64,000 nt of DNA from Callorhinchus milii (taxonomy: Eukaryota): NCBI RefSeq assembly GCF_018977255.1, contig NW_024704755.1, positions 5,022,001-5,086,000 of the forward strand, given 5' to 3'. Positions 1 to 13,000 of the stretch are shown here, in pieces (positions within the stretch are counted from its first letter, which is position 1; every line of letters begins with the position of its first letter). Under the pieces are notes generated by a model, which made no database searches, was not told the origin of the DNA, and was given only the letters and a program-made list of their open reading frames with translations. The translations under genes were made by a program, and so were the position numbers.

Positions 1-3000
1 CATCCTCTAATCAAAGTATGCTCTGATTAAAGTCAAACTCTTATTACATCATTCTTCCAGCAGAAATGCTTGCAAAATGTTCAAAGGATGCAAGAAAATG
101 CCTTGTTGCCCAAAAGTATCAACCTGACCCATGGTTTAAATAATCCAAATGCTACAGCTCCAATCAATAAACAAATAAATAAATAAATACATTTTACAGT
201 CTTTAATTTTGTTTCTGCACTCCTTTACAAAATTTAATCTGCTCCTGGATTACAAGTTCAAGGGACCTATAAAGTTTCAGTATCAATGGCCATGTACGTG
301 TTTAGCCAAATGTGTTTTCTCCCTATGTGATCCTTAGATAACAACAACAAAATTACATATGTATAGAGTCTTTCACATCAGGAGGACGTCCCAGGCGCTG
401 AGAATGACCGTCTGCCTGCAGGTTATTTCACTGAAGGAAAAGGGGATGTCAAACATTGAGTGGACACCAATATTTTCATCGTCTTATGCCCAAAGGTACT
501 TTTAAGGTCATTTTTCACTCCGACGAATTGAGCCAATTGCAAGATCTTACAACTGCCAAGGCTGAGATCAGTACTGATTGAAAATCAAATCTGGAAAACA
601 ATGTCTTAATGACCCTCCATATCAGGGATTGTACTTTTTTTTTAAAAAAAGGGTATTTTATTCTCTATACCTAATTTACCATCTTAAATTTCATCCTAGA
701 ATATTATTGCATTAAATGTGTTTTCTCAATGATTTTGTATTAAACACTCTATTAAACACTCATCAACTCTCCCAATTCCACCCAAACTTTCAAACAATGT
801 TGCTCTGTTCCTGACCTGGCAGGACACCGCATTAAGTAAGATACTTTACAAATGCGGGTAAGTGATGAAATGCAAAAGCTATAAATTGTGACAAAATGAC
901 AAGAACTGCATTAAGTAATTCCATCAAGCCTTTCACAAGTCCCAGGATTTACAGCTAATTTTAAATCCAGTATATAATGCAAAGAGATTTACTAAAGTCA
1001 CAGTAATAGCTCTATGCTTTTACTTTGAAGCAATCAAGAATCATAAATTGCAGTTTTGTAAATGGGGTAAAGTTTATTTCTGCTCAACAGCACCCCCCCA
1101 CCCATAGACATCTAATGAGCAATTAAATTCAGAATTTAGTTAAGTCCCCATCTCATTATAACATATCATTTCTGAATTGTGGATATAATCATCACAAAGC
1201 AGTGTAAATTGCCAATTGTGGATTGCCCTGAGGATGAAAAGTACCATGGGATACCTGAAGTAAGGAAAAATACTGAAACAAAATAAATAGCAAATGTGAT
1301 GAACTTTTTAAAGATATTGGTGTAATGATGTTATTAGATTTATAAATCAATTCTCTGTATATCCATTTTCTACAGAAATCCAGCAGAGTAGAGCTCACAA
1401 GTCACACTTGTGACTTGGATCAGTACAGCTCAACATTGTGAATTTTGTCAGAAAGTCAGATTTTTTTTTAAACACAGTTGTTCATTGAGAGACAGCGCCA
1501 TGGAATACAATCTTGCAGGGATTGAAATCTATATTCACAAATCAATTCCCAGACAGAATACACCTAGGACAGTTGTTAATTTCTAAAAGGCAGCTGAAAT
1601 AAAGTGATTCAGTTCGTCTAACAAACAAGGAGGTTTTATCACAGCTTTATTATTGAGGGAGTGAATAGCAGTACAATTGTGAACTGTAATATCGACTGAG
1701 GCCAGCTGGAAGCCATTTCTGAACATTTTCAAATACCATAAATAGCAATTAATGGTTAGGGGATTTGTGTTTGCACATAAAGTGTGGCCTTCCCTCTGAA
1801 TGCTACAGGCTCTGTAATTTGTTTGAGCAACAGATGTGAGCAATTATATACAAGGATAAGATCATTTTTTAAAAAATGACACCTTTGCATCCCAAGCTTT
1901 CAATCATAGGATAGTGCTAGTGTACTATGAAGAAAACTGCTCCAGGTTTCACCTTCTTCCCAACACTTCAACCTCCAGGACCACAGCCCCTACTCATGAA
2001 TAACCATGATGCCTCAGCCAATGTAAATTAATGTAGTATCCTTTAAGCGCTTACAACACTCAGTATTTGGCACAGAATACAATTGTATGCATCTGCCACC
2101 ATTATAAATATGGGTTAAACATGATTCAATTGCCACAATGCACTTTCAAAAGACTATTATAATCACTGCATGATTTTTCTTGTTGTGCGGTGAGTGTAAC
2201 TAACAATAAAATAATTTAGTGAGACAACTATTAGCCGTGGTGTACTGTGACATGTCATGATGTCATGATGAAAGCACATTAGGTGTCAATTAAACTGAGT
2301 TTGTAGGAAGGTGGCACATGTAAGTATTCCCAAAGCCAAATGCAACAGACTGACAAGGGTACAGATACAACCCAATTTCTCCTTCTGTGGCCATGCATAT
2401 GAGTCAGAAGCTAAGGACAAGTCAGACACTTCATGGCAATAGGAGGATATTGAGAAGGTGAGAGGAAATCAGTTGCGTCTCCATCACATCACTTAGCAAA
2501 AATGTTTTGGCAGAGGACTGGAGAACAAATTTACAGCCTATTTGCCTCATTTGCTAGAAAGTGGTACAAGGTTTGGTGGCACATGAAGGAACGGGGAAAA
2601 TAAGAAAAAAGTGAAAGGAAAAGTAATCATCAGTTGTTTTGACCCATCCACATTTTTTGTGTTGCCAGATAAACAAATCAAGCAGTTGTACTGAAAATAG
2701 ATATCATAAATCTTCACTTTTTAACATAATTAATACTTCCATGAAACATGTTTTTTTTGCAATTTGTACTAAAATAAACCATTCCCGCAACACTCTGGCA
2801 CTGGTTAAAAATAATACCACAAACCTAAATCTGTCTGGCCTGCCACACAAAAAGCACAATTTAATCCCGCTTTCACGTTTCTCAAAATAAGGCTTCAAAC
2901 CTATCAGCTGTTGTTACAAAATCAGATTGGCCAACTGAATGATTATTTAATTGATCATAAAATCCACAGAAACATGAAACTTTCGCAACATGACAGAGAA

Positions 3001-3494
3001 ATACACACATGTCTGCAGTTACTTTCGTCTGGATGCATTGCCAATTTCCCTCCCAGTAGCTCAGTCTTAATATAAAACAGTCAAGAACTTATCTGTTCTC
3101 AATTGTGGAACTTTTCAATCTGTATTTGACATCTTTCATTCAGAATTATATTAGGAGCGATCAGTCACTCCCATTTCAGCTGCTAACCTTCTAAACCTCG
3201 AGGCTACGTTTGGTTTTGATTTAAGAAAGATTTCAATCCCAGTGCTCAGTTTCCTCCTGTCAACTGAATGTCGGCAAGCCTTTGCAACACAAACCAAATC
3301 TCAGCTTAGTTCATTCACTTTTTGAGAAGGTAAGAGTTCCTGCCACATAGGAGCCAGAACTTGCCACATTTCTGGATAATCAGTAACCTTTTTGTTTAGT
3401 AATTGTAGCAGTAATTCAATTATATAAAAATCATCATGTAGGGATTACCACAGTCTTCTGTGACTAATAAACCTTTGTGAAAACGAGAACTCAC

Positions 3495-6400
3495 ACTTTC
3501 CATTGTTCTTCTTTAATATGTCACAGACGTCAATGGATACGTTTCCAAATAGTTCATTTTTCAAGGTATGGCTGTTCCAGACTTTCAGCTCCAATCGGCT
3601 CTGTGGTGTTACATTCCTAGGGTGAAAAATATGCGATTACTGTAGACAGAAGAATTCAGCACAGACATGGAAACATCCAAACACCTCTGAATTTCCATTG
3701 GAGTTTTTTACAGTCTATTTACATCACCCGAGATTGAATTTTATACCCTGTTTACATAGCCAAGCTGGTCCCAGAGTAAATCCATCATAGAGAGAAAGTC
3801 AACACAATCGTGGCAGTAAAAGCAATGCTAAAAAAACACTCTCTGCTTTCATACTGCCACAGAAACACAACACGAGTTGGGTAAGTAAAGGGGATAAAAA
3901 AAAGCGTTTCCCCTGAGAAGAGACGTGTAAGCAATTTTTTTACCCCAGGAGTCATTCATGTTAGGTCTTTTGAACTTCTTGGTAGTTAGCTACAAGTGGA
4001 AGTCTGGGAGCAAGTCATCGAACACAATTAGGGCGGTGGCGTATGCTGGGCCGTGGCGTACACTGGGGGGTGGCGTACACTGGGGGGGTGGTGTGCAGAA
4101 GAAATTGGGAATCAAATAGAGTGGAAAAAAGTTCATACAACTTCTAAAGCATTGAAAAGTCGACTTATTGGTTTGATTGAAATGCAATGCTACATGTGGC
4201 CCAGAATACACGACAACAAGGGACATGCTTTTAACAAGATACAAAGAGGCTGGTCTGGCAGCTATGCCACTTTGGTTAATCAAAAGATCCAGGAGAAACA
4301 GGGTACATTATAGTTAAATAACTGAAGTAAAAGCTGGATTGACTGTGTAAATGGGATGAAGAAACCATGAGGGACATGCAGAAACATGAATTTCAAGAAA
4401 TTAAGAGTGTCAGAAGCTCTTACAAGGTTAGTGTCTCATTCCACTGTGGATGAAGGTTTCCGTTTCGTTTTCCAGTTTTCTTAGTTTCACTTTGCAGTCC
4501 GTCCACTGTCACTTCAATGTAACAACTGATCCTCGTTCCTTTCTGGACTATAAGTTTGGCTTTTAAGACTAAGTGAATGAAAATACATAAAATGAACAAC
4601 AGAATTGTAAAATATTACAATTTTCTAACATAATGTATATTACAAATTAGAACAAGCAAGTATTTGGCAATAAATATATAGTCATTACACCCTATAGCAA
4701 TATCCTGTGAAATGCTTTGAAACGTTTCCTACCCCCAACTCGGGTGCAAACCCTTAAGTGTTCCGTGCCTTGGGACATCCGCCCAGCTCCACTGGCTCCC
4801 CATCCCTCAGAGGATCAAATTCAAGATCCTCATCCTCACTTTAATTTAATTTTGTTGTTGTTGTTGAAAGGCGCTATAGAAATGCAATTTGTTGTTGTGG
4901 TTTCAATGAAGCAATAAGGTGCTACAGAACTACAAAATACATCTACAAATTCTTTCTAAGGGACTGTGTAAGATGTTATTCACATGACATGTTCCTGCAT
5001 TAACACACTGTGCACTATGAAGAGGCAGGACATGAGAGCTCCCATAGTGAGCTCCATTTTACTTGGCCCATAAAATGGAGGGCAAACACTTCCTTATAAG
5101 AAACAGGATGGGGTGAGAAATTGACAGATGATTCATCTTGTGGCACTCTTCTACATCTTGTAGATTGCCCGGAAAATAGGATATGAAATCATATGAAGGA
5201 TTATATTTTTCAGTAAAATTAGGTGTTCCTATTTCTTCTCCTTTGAGCCAGTTCACCATTACGTTGCTGCTCAGCTGAGATCATAGAGTAGTCTGGCCCA
5301 TTCCCTCCCTCTGTGAACTTCAATTTTACTCCAATCCACTGGCAGGAGATGCAGAGAATCAAGAGAATCTCAGGCTTTCCCTCTCAAAATGAAACACCCT
5401 GGTTCTGAAAGTCACTCCATCAAGGAGCCAAAGTATTAATGCAACTGAGGAAAATTAATTTTGGTGCAAGCTTAAACACAACATCTGTTTGTTAAGAATT
5501 AATTATTCATTCACTTGATGGAACACCGAAGCTGCATCACGGGGTTTGCTTCTTAACTGCTTTTCTACATTAGTCATTATAATCATGGAGTCCTGTAGCT
5601 CAGTGGTTAGAGCACTCGCTTTGCAAGCGAGAGACCTGAGTTCAATTCCAGGCAGAGGGCGAAACCTTGGGCAAGTTTCCTTACTCCACACACAGCCCTA
5701 ATAATAATCCCTCCAAAACCAAAAACAATAATAAATTGGTCTTTTTCAATCTACGACTGTTTGTGGGACATTGCTGTGCGCAATTGGCTGCCGCGTTCAC
5801 CCACAAATATATAGTCAATTCAGTTTACAGTGTGTTCAGCGCCTTGGGACGTCCTCCCGATGTGAAAAGCGCTATATCAAATGCAAGGATTATTATTATT
5901 ATAATCTAAATTCTCACTTATATTTTTTTACAAATATAACACACTTTTAATCATTCATTCGTATATACTGCACTTCCAGGCAATCTTGAAGACATATATA
6001 TTGTGGCTCACGCAGAAATAGAAACTACTTCCCTAAAGGGACGGAAAGTCAATCTTCAGTAAATAAATGTGACTTCTAGAGGCCAGTTTCCGAGTCCTAT
6101 CGGAAGACATGAGCAAGTCATCCACTTATCCTATCAAGTCACAAAGGCCAAATTTGAACAAAAAACATATGAAAAGGTACATTACATTTTTGTGCCAACA
6201 TTAGACAAACATGTTTAATAGGCTCAACATATGAGATCACTGTTCAAAAATATACTCTTGAGTAAAGGCCATTTAGGAACACCCCCACTGTCTGGAGTTT
6301 CAGAACTGCCAGCTGAATTAAGTGCCAAATCAAATAAACTACTATATAAGCAAAAAAAAACTAAGCGGAATGTGTCACTTTTTAAGATGGTTCTAATTAT

Positions 6401-9400
6401 TTCCTCAAATAAATTTTCAAGCTCTTCAAAAGACCTTTGATTTTAAAAAAAAATTACCTCAAACAAAGAAAAGTCTTTTTTTAAATACATTTGCACTAAA
6501 ATCTAATGGGCTAAAATGTTTTTTCCATGTTTGGGGGGAGGAGACCAACAATCATTTCTATTTGGTAGCAACAGTGACACCTAGTGTTAACATCTCCACC
6601 AGTCTGTCTATGCTACAGTACTCCATAGTAGCACCAATCTCTGCTGAGTAGCTCTTTCTGTATTTCACTTTCAAAGCTCTTCCTCTATCGCTCCACCTTG
6701 CCCCTTCCTTCTCCATCTTCAGGTCGCGCCTGAAGACCTTCCTATTCGACCGTGCCTACAGCCACCTCCCACTGGCTCAGTGTCGTGCTCCGCCACTGTC
6801 AAGCACTCTGGGACACTACCCTGCGTGAGGGGCGCTATATAAATGCAAGTTGTTTTTGTTGATCATGCTAACCCAACCTGCCTTCTCCTCTCTTTTGTCT
6901 CTTCTAGATTTATAGTAAGTACTTTTCTAAGTAACTCTAGGTGCTGTAAATGATTACATTACCTGTCAAAAGCTTGCAATTACATTCAATTTCAAATCCT
7001 GCATGAGATTCACATAAGAGTGTTTACAGTGGTATGGATCAAAACTTGCTCTTTATAGGGCAATATTGCTCTTTTTTGGACAATACAATAATTACGAGCA
7101 AAATTGCTGAGATACAGTGGAGTTGCTTAACTTTATCTTAGAAATTCAAATATAAACAACTCTCAATACTTACATTTCCTTAGTTGATACGATCATGTTG
7201 AATTGCAAATAAAATGTGCAACAAGTGTGAATTTGCAACAGAAGCATAAGTAACCCACGAGGTTCTAACTGGAAAAATATTTTGCATATTTTTGTTTGAA
7301 GTGATAAATGCTGTTGACAAACGGGTGAGTTATTGGTGAAGACGTGAGCTGAACGTTTACAGACTAAGCATGTGCTTAATGAGTTTCTACATCAACCCAG
7401 CCGCCTCAAATCACCAGTCTCGAGAAATGGCTTCGAGGAATTAACAGAATTGTCAGTCCGACGAGTTTAACTAAAGTCAGGAAAAGCAATAGAAAACAAA
7501 AAGAAAAGTGATATAAATGGCGTCACCTAAAGCTGTATGAAAGGTAATTTCTAGAGCTCTTGTGAAACCCTGGAATAGTGAATCTCCGCATTGTCAAAGT
7601 GTGAATTTATTTTATTCCATGATTGGAATATAGTCCTGCACTAATATTCTGGCATTCATATCGGCCATCATACATGTAATTTCCATGCAAAAGGTCAGAT
7701 AATCAGTGTTTATACAAATGAGTAGACAATGGGATTATAAATGGAACACAAAAATACAGAGCGGTTTCCTGTCTTATGTTTGTCTGGAAAAGAGCCTCCT
7801 GTAAACATCCACAAAAAAAATCCCCGAAATTGCAATTAAGTGCGTGGCTTTCATTCCTCGACTAAATTGTATTGTATTATATTGTATTGTATAATAAAAA
7901 CGTCCCCTGCCCTATTTAAATTTATGAACATATTTTATCATTTTCATTCTCAAGTGAGGTCCAAAGGAACTCAGACAAAAACATTTCTGTCTTTTCATCA
8001 GAGATTTGGAATTATGATTATGGTGAGATATTAATGAGGAAAGTGTTCAAACATCAAAAGTAGTTATCTGGTCAGGGAGATACACTATGATATCAAAGAA
8101 ACAATACTACAGAGCTCCCCGTATAAGCCACTGTTGGGATGGGTTGTGCGGATTTAGTTTAGTCAGTGTTACATCAGTATATCATTCTCAACCACTCATA
8201 CAGAGCACCGCATGTATAGAGCACCCAGCATTTGGTTGTAACCTGTTAAGAGTACTTTAAAAAAGTAATATTAATGTTACAAAATTGGAAAGATAGATAA
8301 TAAAGAAATAGGAAGGGAAATGGAGTGGACAAAATGAGCAGAATAGAATATTGGATAATTATTAATACTACTATTGGATAACATAACAGCTCTGCGCATT
8401 CAAATAGCTTTATTAATGCAACTACAATACAATACGTCACAAAAATTCCCAGCTGAAAATTAGCCAAACCAGTTAATCTAGAGATCAGAATTTCCCTTGA
8501 CCTGCTGCCAACCTAAGGATTCATTATTTCACTAATATATTGTTCTATTGAAACCTGAAGTGAATCTGTTCATTGAATGAGGTTATGTTTCTGTTCAGTT
8601 GTAATTTTAATCCTGTTTTGAGCACTCCATTATTGCAGAGGATCACTTGGACGATTGAGTTTAAATTCTACTTGTGTATGTAGTGCTTTGTGTTAACCTC
8701 CATGTTCTATCCTCACCTTAAACGCATCTACATACATAAAACACTTATATACATCTGTAATTACTCCTAAAGTTTCTAACTATTAACATTTTTCAAACAA
8801 GATCTGCTTCTACCACTCAAACACCAATTAATTTTCTGCTGAGTTTTGACACCATAAAACACTGAAATTAATGCAAAATTGAACCATACTAAGGTTATCA
8901 ACAGTATAGTTCTAAAAACAGAGACATTAAATATGAACAATAGATTTCAGGAAATAGTTCCTGAATGAAATATATTAAAGGGTTTGTGCTACTAGAACAC
9001 TGATGTGTTTTTCCGCAGTAGGCTGCATTATGACTCACAGCAAAATTTTGTGCTTAATCTTTAACTGCAACAGACAAGTGCCAAGAGAAACATAGCTGTC
9101 TCATTTCTAGCAAGGATTACGTCAATAGATGACACGAGTGCAGACAATGCCAACACTTCCCTTATTGACAAATCATTTTTTATAGTTTTCAAGATGGTTT
9201 TAGTTTAATTTAATAAGTGCACGAACAACACTGATCAAGGAGAAAAGTCTCCAATTACCACAAAATATTTATGACTTTAGAAATAAACATTTAAAAGAGG
9301 ATAAGCTTTATAATGCTTGTTCAGAGTTAACCAATAATTAAAATATTTTAGTATTTGAGAAATAAGACACACAAATTGAGCCCATAGATCAGGGTTCTTC

Positions 9401-10053
9401 TGGGTCTGCAGTGCAGCTCTTCAAAGGCAGAACTGATTCCCAATCAACAAGTTTTAGTCTTACAATGGGTGGTTAGGTGCCCAATCTCTGATAGAGGCAG
9501 TGTTTCAGCTGGTTCTTGTAATTCCACATTAAAAAGGAGCAGCCACAGACTTAATGTCCGTTGTATCCAAGCCAATAATTCTCCACCAATTTTGAACCCA
9601 TATACTGTACCAACTTATTCTGATTGTCAGAGCTCGACTTTAAAATACTCTGAAACATAGATTGAGCATTCCCATCTCTGCAAACAATTCTTTGGAGAAG
9701 CATCACTGTGCATAATATAAGCCTTGTTGCTTGAGAGTTTCCTGAAACCAAAGAAAATCGAAAAACTGCAACCAAAAGCTGTAAATCTGCTTTCAGTTTC
9801 ACACATACCAGTACCCTCCACCCAGATAATGGAGATAATGCTGAAATAATTCATCTGCAGAGAATGATAAGAATTAAAACGTAGGTTCTGAGGAAATTGT
9901 TTCATATCTGTGCTGGCACCTGTAGTTACTGCGAGCGAATGAGTTAGCACTACCAAATGCCTTGATAAGATAGTAGAACTTACTTTTCAAAATCAGCAGC
10001 GATTTCTCCAAGGTCTGGTCACTCCCAGTGACACTGGAACTGGCAGCTGCCAT
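3495..10053 (-). CDS. WWP2: NEDD4-family HECT E3 ubiquitin ligase WWP2, 5' partial (C2 domain); exons 10053-9984, 4568-4424, 3616-3495; gene continues beyond the left edge
   Basis: Spliced translation MAAASSSVTGSDQTLEKSLLILK-ILKAKLIVQKGTRISCYIEVTVDGLQSETKKTGKRNGNLHPQWNETLTL-NVTPQSRLELKVWNSHTLKNELFGNVSIDVCDILKKNNGK matches the recalled WWP2 N-terminus (MASASSS...EKSQLTLK...VDGLPSETKKTGKR...NVTAQSHLDLKVWS). GT-AG sites; coding lengths 70/145/122 nt keep the frame. Confidence 0.95.
4036..4097. repeat. 17-18 bp tandem repeat GTGGCGTACACTGGGGG x about 3.5
   Basis: Units start at 4036, 4053 and 4070, with a partial unit at 4088. Confidence 0.8.
5587..5903 (+). mobile_element. tRNA-derived SINE (partial Deu-like core, L2-type tail)
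   Basis: Pol III A box TAGCTCAGTGG and B box GTTCAATTCC, core TGTGGGACATTGCTGTGCGCAATTGGCTGCCGCG, tail AAATGCAAGG(ATT)n; four more near-identical copies in the window. Confidence 0.92.
6660..6862 (+). mobile_element. L2 3' end; other short L2 tails at about 340-400, 4740-4900, 11775-11835, 26298-26355, 32035-32082, 34085-34200, 42470-42540, 48885-49120, 60370-60435
   Basis: TTCAGGTCGCGCCTGAAGACCTTCCTATTCGACCG (FRSRLKTFLFD) followed by GGCGCTATATAAATGCAAGTTGTT tail. Confidence 0.75.
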
Positions 10054-13000
10054 GACATCACAACCCTGAAACAAAACAAATATGTTTCATTAACTTTAAA
10101 TTAAAAGGGTTGCTTCCTCATTATGCATTACTTTTTAATCTCAATCTCTTAATTTTCATCTTCCACCTTTCTAAATCTACAGCACTTCTTTTATTCTTGT
10201 CAATTGATGTATAATTCTTACAGCATATATTCGTTCTGGAATCATTTAGTCTTTTCTCTCTGCTGAATGGAGCATTTCCTTCTTTCATTGTTTCATCTGC
10301 AAGATTACAAGAATTGCCACTTGGACCCAAAATGTTACGATGTGAAACAGAATTTAATGAGCTGTGAGCTTTAATTGCATTTCTTTTACAAGTTTTATTA
10401 CTTGAAGCAAAGTTTTACATAACCACATAATGAATATTATGACCCAATTGGTTCAGAGAAGAATTGGCAGTGACTCCACTTTTACCCCCAAAATACAAAT
10501 GCAGTTTATAAGTGGTCAAGGATTTTGTTGTTTGCACTGGGTACCAAACATAACACATTTTCTAGGCAAAGATCTTCCAATATGTTGCAATAGGTTGGTC
10601 CTTCGGTTGCTCATTTAGATCAACTAGGTTTTGTTAGAGCAGAACTACTCCAGAAGACCCAGTGCTTACAAATAGATTTGCAAGCTTGCAGAAAGACTAC
10701 TCCGATGGCTACAGAGAAGATACCCCTATGGCTATCAAAAGTATCAGTAGATAGATACTGATCGAATTAAAGTGGTCATACCTGCAGGAGTACAATACTG
10801 ATTTGGATTTGTCATCTATACTACTATGCTGATAAAGTGTGCGCCACAAAGAGGTGGCTTTTGTAGAGCCACCGTAAGGCCAATTGAAACTGAAATATTC
10901 TTGCCAACAAGAGGCAAACACAGCTATGACTGCCAGAAGACTAAACAGTTAAGCTCACCCATACAGTCCAGCCAGATACATGTTCACAAAACACAACTTA
11001 AAAATCCAAAGGCACAGTATTTTTTAATGTTGATGCAGTTTCTGCAGGATCTGTCTCGCAACATAACCTGGGATGTTAGCCAACACTGCAGCACCACTTC
11101 TAACTGTTATAGAAGTGTGATTAAATTAGGTGAATGGCCTCAGGAGGGATATATCTCACAGCCCTTATGTATTAGAGGTACTAAACATTTAAAAAAAAGT
11201 TGAGTGCCAAGCCACACAGAATTTTACATGTAGATGACGTTTTGCTTTGTCTGTTTAGATCCAACTTCCTCATCAAGGGGTTTGCTCAGACCTGGAGCTA
11301 TTTGCTTGGCTATTAAATGAAATGGAACAAGTCAGAAGCCAAATACTTATGGCTGCTGCGCCCTCCACCTCCTATTTTTCATTAACTATTCAACCCTCCA
11401 TTTCTAGGTGAAGAACCGAATTAAACATCTGGAAATTACATTTATGCCAGAGGTAAAGACCTTTATAGTACTCAATCTTGCATCTCCATGGAAATGAACA
11501 CCAGCTAATTTCTCTGTAGGGCTGCATTGAAATAATTAAAATGAATACTGTATAATTTTAGAACTAAACTACATTTGGCCTATCAAAAGAAACCCTCTAT
11601 TTAAAAACATTATTTAAATGCTCTCACTGAGAATAAGAGGGAAGGAACACAAACCAGCTCTCAATAATATGTTTACAACCTCCACAGTTTTTACAATAAG
11701 TGGTCCAAGATCCTAGTTTTATATAAACAAAAATAAAAAAGCAGTAGAAACATATAATTCCATGTTCCATGATACAACAACAAAACTACATTTGTATAGC
11801 GTTTTTCAGGTCAGGATGACATCCCAAGGCACTGGACAATCTGTGTTTTGGATGCACTGAACATCAAAGTCTTGGAATTGAGCTCCTTCCCACTCATGAA
11901 TAGGAGTTTAGCTTTCAGATATTTTTCCTACTTTTTTTCTACTTTGTCCCTAATGCAACTAAAAGGTGGAGGGGGTTAGTGAAGGCTCAACTACAGGAAC
12001 TGTATCTCACTTTGCAGTATGTTCTGTGAAGCGCTTTGAGACGTCTAGAAGACATGAAAAGCGCTATACCAAATGCAAGAATTAGTATTATATTATTTTA
12101 GATATGGTGGGATAAAAATCCAATCTCAAAAAATTCACGTTTTAAACGTTTGCAATTAAAGTCAAAGTTGGCCAAATCTTTTTTTTCTTCCAAATTGGAA
12201 ATCTTACTGGAGAAACAAAAAATAGAAATACATTACTGCAAAACCTTCCTGCAGAGCACAGTGAGCTTGATATCTAGAAAGTTTCAGAATTCTTAGGGTT
12301 CTGACAGTACGACCAAAATAGGCCCAACTCAAACTCTAAGCCTCAGACATACCGGATACATTACCAGACTTCTACATCATAAAAACGTTAACACTCAAGT
12401 GTCTGAAGAAAATAGAGAGTAATTGAAAAACTTATATGTGAACTTTGAATTATTTGGGGAGATTCACTTGAATGAGCCCCGAGTATTTAGCTCTCTTTAT
12501 ACACAGGATTTGGACTTCATGTCAATAGCCATTGCCCGTCTTAAAAAAGTAAGAAATAAAAGTTGCTAATTATTCCACGACAATGTTCAATGGGGAAAAT
12601 CAACTTGACAATGAAGGCAAAAATGTATTCCGAAATATAATTGTACAGCTATCACTGCCAAAGTCATGTTCAAAAATCAGTTTTTAATTATACCAGTGCT
12701 TTGCAAATCCATTATTACCATTATTTCATATATGGTGTTGACAATGAGGGCACTTTCTAAAAAAAAGTCTCACTCATCAGTAAAAATGAAAAACAATAAC
12801 TTTCCATTTACTTCAAAGCTAAATGTGAAAGCACTTCAATAGTTATGATTATATTTTCCTTTGTGTCCAGATGATTAATGATGCTGACACCAAGAATGGT
12901 GAGCAGGACATCTGGGACCTAAACATATAGCCTTTATAATTTTACCATTTATTGGAATGTGAGAAGATTATTAAATTGATCTTACACGTGGCAGATCATT

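Noticed and set aside
1-3494. miR-140 hairpin or a further WWP2 exon
   Set aside because: None seen; miR-140 lies in a much later WWP2 intron, outside this window.
5587-5665. tRNA-Ala(TGC)-like cloverleaf (also at 33562, 37747, 38649, 53796)
   Set aside because: No proper acceptor stem, and it is always fused to the same body and (ATT)n tail. It is a SINE head, not a tRNA gene.
10121-10417. About 99-codon stop-free minus-strand frame just upstream of the first WWP2 coding exon
   Set aside because: No recognisable homology, and it ends in a stop before the acceptor. Treated as a chance intronic ORF; a translated search would settle it.
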